From Paramecium tetraurelia (taxonomy: Eukaryota): a stretch of 64,000 nt of DNA. Position 1 is the stretch's first letter. The number at the start of each line of letters is the position of its first letter. The notes under the pieces were generated by a model. That model was not told where the DNA came from and made no database searches. It saw only the letters and a list, made by a program, of their open reading frames with translations. The position numbers and the translations under genes are program-made. The stretch is from contig CT868656.1 in assembly GCA_000165425.1 (NCBI GenBank), positions 186,001 to 250,000 of the forward strand. The letters are read 5' to 3'. This document shows positions 1 through 12,600 of this stretch, piece by piece.

Positions 1-2223
1 ACCATCATTCATTCAACATCTCCTCAAAAGACTTAGTCCCTGGAGACATCGTTGAAGTGACACCCAAATCGATGGTTACCTTTGATGGTCAAATCATTAA
101 TGGAGAGGCCGTGTTCAACGAAGCCATCCTAACTGGAGAGAGTACTCCAATTTTAAAAACTATCAACATGGAAATCTTTAGTGGATGTAGCTGTTTGTCT
201 GCAAGTTCCAATTGTCGAGCTCTAGTGAAATCAATTGGTTTTAATACTATCAAAGGGTCCTTGGCCAGATACATCTTATTCAATAATTCATATACTTATT
301 CATTCCAAAAGGAATCACTCAAATACTTAATTGTTTTGGGTTTTTTGGGAGCAATTCTATCAATAACTAATTACTTTATACGTCTGAAGTCTACAAAAAA
401 TCAATTTAAGAGCACCATTGAAGCTCTTGAAATATTTACCATTCTGATACCACCTTCATTACCTACAGCTTTGGGTGCTGGGTTATAAGTGGCTATTTAG
501 AGATTAAAGGCAAATAATATTTTTTGCATAAAACCAGATAAGATTAATGTGAGTGGGATGGTCAATCTAATAGGATTTGATAAGACTGGCACATTGACTG
601 AATCAACACTTAAGGTGTTGGGTTGTGTAGAAAAAGAATTATTACTAAATCCTAATCATTGTAAAGAGATCATGCAATTGGCATTGAAAAGTTGTCATAC
701 TCTTGTTGGTGGTTGTGGGGATAGCTTAGAAATAGCCATGTTAGAGTGCTGTTAATAATAATTTGAGTTTGAATATCAGAAAGCCTATTAATTCGAGGCC
801 AATTTGTAAAGAATGACAGTAATAATCAAATACAAAGGAAAATTGTTAGCCATTACAAAGGGATCATCAGAAATAATGGAGAGACTGTGTTTTTCAACAT
901 TGCCTGATCAGTTTACATCTACTGTGAATAATTACTTACAAGAAGGATATAGATTGATATCATTTGGATATAAGGAGATAAGCGATGTTGATCAAGAGAG
1001 AAAATATATTGAAAATGGATTGCAATTTCTTGGGACTTTAGTGTTTGTAAATCATCTGAGAGAGGATTCCAGACAATTGATTGAGTAATTGAATTCAATT
1101 AACATTAAATGTGTAATGGTGACAGGGGATAACATATTGACATCAATCAATATTGCAAAACAATGTCAGATTGTAGATCCCAATCAACCTGTGATAACTG
1201 GATAAATAATTAATGACAAATTAGTCTTCGATAATAATATTAATGTAGAAGAAATAGAATAGATGAATTATTAAGTGGCATTGACAGGAGATTCTTGGGA
1301 ATGCGCAGATAAAGTATTTGTTAATATTATTTTTGAGTATCCTTGAAAAAACCAAAGTATTTGCCAGGATGAAGCCTTCTTAGAAGGGTAATCTTATGAT
1401 AAAACTTAAGAATATGAATAAAGGGATATTTACTGCTTTTGTTGGTGATGGTTGTAATGACATTTGTGCACTCTAACAAAGTGACATTGGATTAGCATTA
1501 TCAAATTAGGAAGCATCTTTGGCTGCCCCATTCCTTACTCCAATAATCAGAGTTTCGTAGATTTGCGAGATTTTGAAAGTTGGAAGGGGTTCCCTCATTA
1601 CAAGTTAATCTTGTTTTAAGTTCATGACTCTTTACTCTAGTATTCAGACCATAGCATTGACGATATGTTACGTCAGCAATACTAAACTAACAGTTGAGTA
1701 ATTTTTGTATTAGGATCTGTGGATTTTGATTCCAATTGCATTTACTATGAGTTTGACTAAGCCATCCGAGACTTTAACTATAGAGATGCCATTCGTTAGT
1801 TTGTTGAGTAGGTCCATCATTTTTTCGGTTATTGGATAATTGTTAATTTGTTGTTGTTGTCAATTGATCTCCTTTTCAACGTATGACCAAACTTAGATCA
1901 CACCATTGAATATGGATTTTGTTAATCCAATCAATACTTAATAAATAATATTGGGCAATACTCAAGTCATTGCTGTTGCAATTGCGTATTCGTAAGGTAA
2001 GCCTTTCAGACAACCCATATACAGAAACTATTTTCTTTTGTTTTTTTTGTTTATTGGAATGGTTGTGCATGTGTCGCTCATTATTAAACCTAACATTGTT
2101 AACATTTCCATATTAAGTGAACTGACATCAGAGTAATTGATGATCACCAGTTTGATGAATGTACCCGTATTTGTGGCTGTAATTTTATTTGAGAATCTGT
2201 GTATAAAATAATATAAGACCTGA
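1..2223 (+). CDS. P5B-type P-type ATPase (ATP13A-like), 5'-truncated by the window
   Basis: Code-6 translation gives LVPGDI, LTGES, PPSLP (P5B-type TM4), FDKTGTLT, KGSSE, MVTGDN, VFARMKPSQK, VGDGCND and EASLAAPF. Stop TGA at 2221-2223. One frame change near 1314-1338 (probable intron). Confidence 0.93.
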
Positions 2224-2326
2224 GGCATAGGTCAGTGATGATTTCATAATATATTATATCAAGTATTTTAACAAACATTAATATCTTTTAATAGATTTAT
2301 ACATAAACAATTAAATAAATATAAAA

Positions 2327-5300
2327 TCATAAAATTTAGAATCCTACATATGTTCTTAGCAACCATTTCACTACTTCAACTGTAGCTAACAAAAGCAAAC
2401 AAAACGGAAGACCTGCCGAACCTAATAATTCCCAAGGCATATTGATTGTCTAAAACACCCACTAAATCCCTGGGACATACACAATGATCGGCAATAAGAT
2501 TAATGATATCGTTAAACCGTATATGGCCAGAGTGTTAACCCTAGTGGAACTATAAGGCTTAATCAAAGTCCTTAATGCAAAGTAGTTGATACTATTTTTA
2601 AGTTATAATATTATTACCACTATGATAATACCAATACTATGTAGAATGAAGTAGATGCGAAATCACTTGCTTTAGCTGTGTAACAATATTACAGATCATT
2701 ATTATAGCTTTGACAATCAGGGTACTCATACTTGGTGTTCCAACATTAGGTTAAATATCCATTTTGAATCTACAAATCAGTGCAGGTTCCACATTTTACA
2801 AATATCAATCTCTAATCAATTTTATTATTCGGGGAACTCCATTGATAATTTTGCATCTCCCCGGTATACAAACAATTATCAGGTAAATTCGAATTGCCTA
2901 AAGTATTGCTATACGGATTGTAGACATCTTGATCACCGGCAGGATAGACTCTTGCAAATCTGGTGAAATATAGATTTTGAAGATTAAATCCAAAATAACG
3001 ATAAGCACTGAAACTTGCCATTAAGCCTCCGCCTGCTTCAATACACCCAATAATCAAAATAGCAAAGAGGAAAAGATTGGTTCTGTTGGGAATTCTGTAC
3101 TCTAACTCTTCCCTAGCTAAACTGATTCCTAGAATCAAATCAACAGAAATGCTGGTCAATAACATTAGATTTTGAGAGAAAGGTAAGGGTGTTCCCAAGA
3201 AACAATATACAAATAAAGCCAAGATCATGGCTGTGTTTGATGATAAGCAAAGCATAGTTGATTTGGTAACATTATTCACAGCTCTCTTGGCTTCCAAGAT
3301 AGCTTAATAACTATCAAGAAATGTTTATCTACTAGAAGTGAGAACGAGATCACTTGAATTGATGATCATTTGCTATGATCCATATTTCTTACTGATACTG
3401 ATATCGGCCTGTCTGAATGCTCCCAAATCGGTTAATCCCTCTCCAGTAATAGCCACTTTGTAATTCAATTGTTATAAGGCCTTGACGATACTTAACTTCT
3501 ACTCTGGAGAAGTGCGAGCAAATACAATTTCTTATTATGAACACCAATTCCCCAATTTATTTTCAACTGAACTTAATCTGGTGACTTCTTATTGATCATC
3601 GACATGTAAATACAATTGATGACCTTCAATAATGGTTGGATTACTGTAATGTCCTGTATTTTTGCATATAACTCTTGCAGTTTCTGGGTGTTCTCCAGTG
3701 ATGATCACTAATTTAATATTCTGCTTTTGTAATTTCTCCAAAATAGGAATAGTTTATTCATTAAGAATGTTATTTAAATATAAGGTGCCTAAATACACAA
3801 AGTTTTATTTGTTGAACTCATAATCATTTTCATTGATTTTCAGATCCTCCTCATTTTCAATCTCTAAAAATGCAAATCCCACACTTCTCAATCCCTTTGA
3901 ACATTAATGCACCAATTCATCATTAAAATATTGGGTCTCTTGTAAATCGATCTTGCCAAATAAGGTCTTATTACAATAATTCCAGATAACCTCAGGTGCT
4001 CCCTTGATGTATACAAAATATTTGCCTTCCTATTCCACAATTGATAATGAATACTTCTTACTACTATTGAATGGCAAATGATATTGAATGCCATTCACAT
4101 AATACTTGGCATTCTTTATTAAATCATCTGTATTATCATCTTTAAAACAATCAATGATACTCTTTTCTGTACCATCCAAATTACCATGATTACAAGTCAG
4201 TATTGCACAATAATAAAGATGAATAGAGTTACGTTTACTTAATTCATATTATAATTATTTGCAATCATCAAAAGAATTAAATGAGTAATTCTTGCTAGTG
4301 ATTACCTCATTTAATCCAATGCACAAACAATTTATTTCACTCAATCTCTCAATACTCTCAGCATCCTTAATCAAGAATCTCAGTTTGGCCAATCTCCTTA
4401 TAGCCATTTAAAATGAAATTGTAACAATAACTAATAATCCAACTGGGACAATTGCAATGATCACTTACTCAACCACTCTAAATCCGTATGCAAACACTTC
4501 AGATGTATCCTTATCAGTCATAACAGCACTCCAAATTAACACTAACACTATCACAAATAATGCTATAAGAGTCATTATTTATTAGAACAAAATCAACTAT
4601 TTCTACAATAATTTACTCCCCTGTCTCTTTTAAATTTGAGCAATCGTAGTACTTGATCCTGTCTTAATGACTACTGCCTTCCCAAAACCACTCCTTATAA
4701 GAGATCCACAAAATATCTGTGATCCCTTTACTGCTTGAGTTATATCTTGATTCATTTGTATTTGGAGATCAGAGGATTCCAATACTCTCATGTCACAATA
4801 GATTACTAGTCCATCCTTAATTACACAAACATCTCCTGATACAAGATTCTGGATTTGAGCTTATTACATTTTTCCATCTCGATAAACAATAATTGTTTAT
4901 TCATTATCCTTCTCTATTGCATACTAAGACTTCTTTCTTTATTGATATCCCATTGCAAAAGTTATTGTTATCACTATTAACAATAAACATGATGTTATAA
5001 TTTCTTCTCCACTAAATTCAAGGTTATTTTGACTTCCATATATTGCTAAACTTATCGAAATCATTGTCGCAATAATTAGGTCAAATGCAAATAAATTCAA
5101 TTCCTTTATAAACATTTTCCAATCACTGACATCAATAGTTTTTGATTATTGTCTTCTCAATGCTTCGTCACTTGTAAGACCAACACCAAAATTTGTTTTT
5201 AGCAGCGCCTCTAATTAATCCAATGGACAAAAGTATTCCTGCATTTCTGCATACTTTTCATACACACTTGGGGGTGGTCTCTCTGTCTGATCCTCCTTTT

Positions 5301-5424
5301 CAGCGTAACTTATACTCAACTAGAGTTTAGTTTGAATATCAGGTCCTTTTTCTAGAAACCTAAATAATTCACATTCCTACCTAGGTTTGCATATCAGCAT
5401 ATCCTACATTTCGGAATGTGCCAT
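2327..5424 (-). CDS. P2C (Na+/K+-ATPase-like) P-type ATPase homolog, predicted catalytically inactive
   Basis: Open frame with GLTSDEA, LPFNSSKKY, KGAPE, GLRSVGFA, FARTSPEQK and C-terminal TM segments. DKTGT, TGES, PEGL, DPPR and GDGVND are degenerate. Start is uncertain and may extend upstream. Confidence 0.85.
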
Positions 5425-5499
5425 ACTCTTCTTCTATTCTGAAATATTAAATTTTTATATTATATGGAACGAAAAAATATCTAAAATCAAAAATCAGTA

Positions 5500-6639
5500 T
5501 ATTCTTATCAACCACAAACATCATGCATAATTTAAGGTACCCTTTCTTAGAACCATATTAAGATGACTTGTTATGGTTCTTTTAATTCTTCAACCTCACC
5601 TCACTTTCAAACACAAATCATCTACCTCTGGTGTGATATATTCCTTAATTGCGAAATTATAATGGTACTATAACTCTCTCACATTATTCACTTTCTATTA
5701 TCTCTTCATAATTAAGTTGAAATTGCTCAATGATATATTGTGTTGAATTCAGATTTCTATGTTGTCTTATTTTATTATTATTTTATAATTATAATAATAG
5801 TTTGAAAGAGCATGCAAGGATAATTGGAATGTGAAATGAGAAATTAATAGAAAATGTTACTATCAGAAAAGATCTGCTAACTAAACTATAATTTTTATAA
5901 TTCAAAAGATGTATCCTAGATTCTCTTTTCTCTATATTATTTTTTCTTATTAACTAGCTAAATAGATTTTTGTGTAATAAAATTTTGTAGAACGTATTTT
6001 TTTGTTTTAACTATCATATGCTTGTAAAAATCTAATAAACTCATCATACTTTACTACTATTAAACCTCAACCTACTGAATAAATTTAAAATACTTTGAAT
6101 GATTGAAATAGTTGTATTAAAAAATAATTCTGATAATATTTCATAATATGTAATTAATGCTGTTTAGTAACAATTGTATCGTTTATGTGTTAAAAGTTAT
6201 GCTTTAATATATTAGAGGAGAACTAAATATGGAATATTTTAAAAAAATGAAAATATAATTGTAAGTAATTGCAAATAATGAATCTAAAGCACATAATTCT
6301 GAATAATTGATAATCTATGAATTTGATTAAATCTCATACAAAGTTATGATTGTTTTTATCTATGAATAGATATTTCTATTTTTCATAGTGGCCTATTCAA
6401 ATATCATCGTTTTAACTCATTAATTTCTCACTTCTTATAAATTATTCTCTTTCCTCTATAGTTTCTAAAAGTAATCAGTCTCAAATGATAGTTAGACACT
6501 CTTTGTTGAATATTATGACTATATCTTCATCTATTAAACTTAATTTTACTCTGATATCAATTAGAAGTGAATGAAGTTATTAAATCTCAAATTATTTAAA
6601 ATTTTATAATTCTATTACAATATTTTTCATTTTTGTCAT
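5500..6639 (-). CDS. possible hypothetical protein or decayed gene
   Basis: Coding-like Q/E/K-rich minus-strand frames from ATG 6639/6630 with candidate short introns. Exon structure not resolved; at least one in-frame TGA. Confidence 0.25.
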
Positions 6640-6663
6640 TATTAATATTTTTATTAGCACATC

Positions 6664-9600
6664 ATGTAAACCTATCATTTATATTCAATATTGACTGATA
6701 GCGCCTAAGAATATTTAATAGATAAGATAGTTTTTAACTACGAAGGATTCTAAATACTATAAAAACAATTAAATTAATCAACCTCTGTTCTAGTTTCTGG
6801 CTTATTTGGAAGCTAGAATGAGATAGAGAAGTAATTATTTGAAGAAATTCACATAAAACCAGACAATTTAGAACTTCAAAATGCTTCTAAAAAAGGCAAT
6901 TTAATCGGTGTTCGATTTTAAAATAAAATAATATTTTGTTTAATTCTTTAGTTAGAATTTTTTTAAAGCAAACCTATAAAAGAAAAAGCAATTGAATTAA
7001 CTCTATTTAGAATTCTTTAAGATTTAACTGACAATATTAAAATTTGTCTTGGTGATGAGATTTATAATCAATGGTATCTTGGAGATGAGACACCGTTTAG
7101 CCCATTTATAGTCTAGCGTTAATAATATACCTATGTTGAGTAAGGAGATTAAGAAATTCAAGAATACAAATGTCCGCAAAATAATTTTCTTTAAGATATG
7201 ACATAATATGAAATCTTACTTTCTTAAAATTAATCCCCCTTTTTCACAATAATTCAAGAACTCAAATTTAATGAATAAGATTTCAAGCAAAATTATGAAT
7301 CCTTTGTTTAAAGCATATTCAAATAAAATATTCTAAAAGATCAAATTTTCATTCCGCAAATGTAAATTATTAAAAAGTAATATCAATCAAAAAAGCTTAG
7401 CAATATTTTATAAACTATTTACGATAAAATTAAAACTGTTTTCTCAAATGAAAAGAAGTAGCAATCTATTCTGAGTATAAAAAATTTATCTAATAGTGTT
7501 TTAAAAAAATAAAAAATTTATCATGATTGCTTAAATTAGCGAATGACAGTTTTAAGCTAATATATTCAGTAGTCATTAGTTATAAAATTATCATTGAAAT
7601 TCATTTCACTAAAATTTAAACAAACTTTCTTTTTCATACTTTTTTTGTTGAAAATAAGGATAAAATAAATATACTGTAATTTACAAAGTAAAGCCTTAAT
7701 GTTATTTGATTTGAATTTTTTCAGCTTTAAACACATATGGTTCAATTCTTATGGCATGGTATTTTATATAAAAGATATTTTTCTTGGGGAAAGAAAAACT
7801 TACTCCTTTAATTCAAGAGGGAAAAGGCTTTTCTCTTCTTTTTTTTTTAAGTGTTTTTTCTAAATTATATTAAGATCCAATGATGAGACATGAGGGAGAA
7901 TTTGAGAGTAATTGTCATATAATTAGAAATACTTAATTCATGCTTTTGGGATGAAATATTAATTGTATAAGAAAGGGTAAAATTAAAAAATCTTATAGAC
8001 ATTTAATATTTTATAATTTATATATTCGAACAATGAAATTATTGTTTTGACTTAAATCTTAGAAATTAGCATTTAAAGAGCTAAAGATAGAAAACATCCA
8101 AAAAATTTTGGCTTCCAGACTATGAATTAAAAATTTAAAAGAATTTTTAATTCAACCATACAAAAGTATAATACAATAATGGAAATTAAAATTCTTCTTA
8201 GAAGAAGCAGGAAAACGATCTACTTGAATTAATATAGAGCAATTTGGATAAGGAATATAAAAATTAACTTGATTAAATTTCTTATGATTTAAAAAAAACA
8301 ACCAAATATTCAATAAATAAGTTAAATTGTAAAATAAGAAGATCAGAGGAAAAGAGGATTGAAAATATTCGGTATTAAATTGAGTAGAATTAATAAGTTA
8401 TTCTTAGTTTAGATCTCTAAATCATTAATATAAAAGAAATATTTTAGACTAAAGATAAGGCAGAAATCCTATTAATTGAAACCAAGTCCAACTTATCACT
8501 ATATTTTAGATAATAAAATAGTGAATAGTTTCAACTTGTTTAAAATTATGAATTAAAAAAGACAAAAAACATAGTTTGTTTCTTTAAAATAAGTCACAGT
8601 CAATTATATTTATTTAATTTTAATGATAAATAAATTTTAAGAATTTTAGTATCGCCTTACGGAAAGATTGATGAATAAATGAGCATTTGTGAACAGTGTG
8701 TAAAATTGGAAGATAAATTTGTAGACATAACCATTAAATAAGTTGCTTATTTAAGCTAATAAAAGAAGTTTATTCTTTTAACCTAAAAAAATGATGTGTA
8801 TTTCTTCCTAGAGGATTAGAAATAAATTATATAAGCTATGTGTTCTTCCAAGAATAATAAAAAAGAACTTTTATAATTTTCATAGAATTCTAAATCAGAA
8901 AAATTGGAATAATTATTATCATGCCCTAGTGGAAAATATTTTTATTTTTCTAATGGTGAAAACTGTTTTATGTATGATATAAACGGTTTGGAAGTGAGAG
9001 AGATAAGAGTTAATGGAAAAATTAAAATTTTTGAGGATAAAAGTGATATTATAATTATTGATAACATCACCAAAATAGAATAAAATAATAGTGTTATTGT
9101 CTTAGCAAATGCAATAAAATAAAAAACAATAAATAAATTGGGAGATGAAGAAAAATAGATCGTAGGAAATCCATCATTAGATATTATAAAAGGATCATGT
9201 ATAAAATTTGGCCCTAATTCTGTATTTTTATCAACATCGAAAAAGAAGTAGATTTCTTTTTAAATAGATAAATAAAGATTCAGTCAGATAGAATCATATT
9301 TCAATAAAATAAATTTAAATAATAATATAAATTTAGATGTTGCGAAACTGTAATTTTCTGAGATTAGCTAGTAAGATCTTCAAAGTATTATGTTTTCAAG
9401 AGTTCCTTTATAATTGTGTACAACTGAAAATGGTATTTTGATCCCTTTGTTTGATGGATTTCGCAAAGAAACCTCAACTGAATAGAAAGTATGTGTTTAT
9501 GAAAAATCTAAATAATTAAGGCTAGGGTTTATTGAAGAATTTTTGATAAATAATTAAACTAATATTTTTGTAATAGGAATTATTGGAAAATAATCATCCG

Positions 9601-12600
9601 GGAAAAGCTACCTATTAAATAGAGTATTTGGTACAAGATTTTCAGTTTCATCTGCAAGGTGTACCGATGGTATATGGGCAAGTATTGGGTGGATCGAAGG
9701 CTAAAAATTTTTAATCTTAGATTGTGAAGGTCTATTTAATTCAGCAAGAACTAATTAAGAGGAAGTTCAGATGTTGGCCTTTTTGACTGCGATCTGTGAT
9801 ATATCAATCTTAAATTCAGATATTACTTTCAATCGCTATATGAATGATTTGTTTAATAATTTAACTAATGCCTCCTCCTAGTTAAAAGGAGAAACCTTGT
9901 TTAAAGGATAATTACATATAGCTTTAAGAGATGTTAGCTCTACTGATAACTCTGGGATTGATAATGAATTATTAACTAATCTTTATAGACTAAAATCATA
10001 AGACTCTTAAGATATTGTTTTTTTAAAGAAATTATTTAATAATAACTTTACTGTTGAGAAACTATTCAATTTTGAACATTAATAATTTGATGAATAAATA
10101 ATAAACCTTCGATAATATTTTTCTAAAAGGGCTTAGACATCCAAAAGGTGGGAGGATGGGAGAAAATTGGTCTAGATGATGAAAATATTATTGTGTCAAT
10201 TGGAGTTGTCTGATCATGGAAATGCAAATTTAATTGATATAAAACTTTAGGTTGAGAAAATAATTGAGAATTAAATAAAGTTATGGCATTAATTCTCAAT
10301 TAACTAACCACAAAATTGTAAACTAGCTTAGTAGGAATATGAATTTCCTGAAAATTCTGAGGAGATTATTTTCTTTAACAGTTCTTTATTAAAATAAGTC
10401 TAAAAAGATCTGCATTTGAACAATACTATTTTGAATCATAATGAAAATTTAAATTAAATGGAAAATGAAATTCAAAAGTTAATGATATAAAGAAAAGAAT
10501 ATATTTTAGAATAAACTAAATAAGAATTATAAAAATATCAGTAACCTGAAATAATTGAAATTAAAAGTAAAGAAGAAGGATTATTAACTATTTACATCAA
10601 TAATTAAATTCAATAATATTAGTTCTGTAAGGAAAAATGCTCTCATTGTTATTTACAATGCAATTAATTCAAGAATCATATCAAAGAATAAGAAAAATTG
10701 ATAACTACACTTTAAGAATAATAAAAGACCTTAGAAAAAGAAATTGCTGAAACAAGTATTAAGACAGATGATGAATCACAACAAATTTAATAAAGATTAA
10801 TTTAAATTTCTGAAGAACTTTAAGAATTGGATATCAATATTTCTTAGAAAGAGTAATTATAAAGAAAAGAAAAAATATATAGTAAAATAATAAAATAAAA
10901 TTTGAAATTATAATAATTTTCATTTTGTGATACATAAAAGAAATAAGTCATTCTAGAAAATTTAGATTTAAAACAAATATAAAATCAGAAGTTTAGTGTT
11001 GATTTAACAGCTGAAAATCTTGACAAGATAATCAATGAAATTAAAAGCAGTCAAGAAAAGAAAAACCAATAATTAGAAGAAAATCTTATTGTATTAGAAT
11101 AAATCTAAAATGATATAAAAATTAAAGAAAAATTAATAAAAGACATATAAAATGAAATACAAATGAAATAGGATAATCATGCAAAATAATCATTATAAAA
11201 GGATGAACTTGAAAATACCTTGGCTCATTAATAAAACGAACTAAATATCATCAAGTAAGATTAGTAGAAGTTAGAATAGACCCTATTATAATGGGTAGAT
11301 TTCAAAATAGAAAACCATAAATTAATTGAATAGTAAAAGTAAATTGAGGCAAGATTTTTAGATGAAGAAAAAAAAGAATGTAATATAAAAAGATAAATAA
11401 CAATTTTAGAACAAAAATTAAATGATTTTTAATAACAAAAACTAACAATCTATAAAGAAACTGAATTATTTGAAGAGTAAAAAGAAATAAGAAACGAAAA
11501 AGACATGTTACTTAAAGTTTTGAATGATTTATAAAAATAAATAGATAAGATTGATAAACTTAGGTCTATAAAACAACTATTTCCAAACGTATCAGCCATT
11601 TAAACAAAAGAAAAATCGAAATTAGAATCTGAGCTTAAAATCACAATTGATTCAGATCTTGATTTGAAATAAAAGGAAATAGAAGAAACTAAAAGTGCAT
11701 ATTAAGAATAATTAAAAAAATAAAAATTTGAAGATCTAGAAATTTTAGAATAAATATATAATGAATAGAAAGAAACAACTTCAAATTAATCTTAACTAGA
11801 AAAGATTGTTTATCAACGTTATGTCACTCATAAGTAATAAGAAAAAAAAGATTTAATCGAAGAGTTGGAAAATTTAAAAGAAAATGCTTAAAAGAATTAA
11901 TAAAACATGAACTAATTGAAAATTGTTTCAGAAAATTTGTCCATTTATTAAAAGTTATAAAATTAATAAAAATAAACAGAGAATTTTATGAATGAAATCA
12001 AAGATTAATTAATTAAAATAAATGTATTAATTAAATCTATAGAATAACAAAAGGACTAATTATAATAAGATCATTAATAATAAATTGAATAAATTGAACT
12101 TTTTAAAAATAACAACAACCTTATAGAAATTAACAAATAAATAGAATAATCATAAGAAAATATGAAATAATAATAATCATTGCTATCTATGTGCCTCAAA
12201 ATTCTTTTAAAAATTGAAGATTATTCTGATTAAATTCAAATATCTAAGGATGAATTTGATGACTTAGTCAATAAGAAATAATTCTAACATAATGATAAAA
12301 GCTGTGATTAAGAATACAAATTATTATTAGAAGCAAAACAAAAATTATAAAATGAAAAAGAAAAATGGGATTAAAGAATTTAAAGATATTCTAAATTAGG
12401 AGAAGAAAAATAATTATTAGAAATTCTAATTTACATATTTTATTTCTTGAAACTTTTCATTGTGATTTTCATCCTGTTATAGAGAAGTCATTCTGTGCTT
12501 ACCTTCTCATCATGTTTTGATNNNNNNNNNNNNNNNNNNNNNNNNNNNNNNNNNNNNNNNNNNNNNNNNNNNNNNNNNNNNNNNNNNNNNNNNNNNNNNN

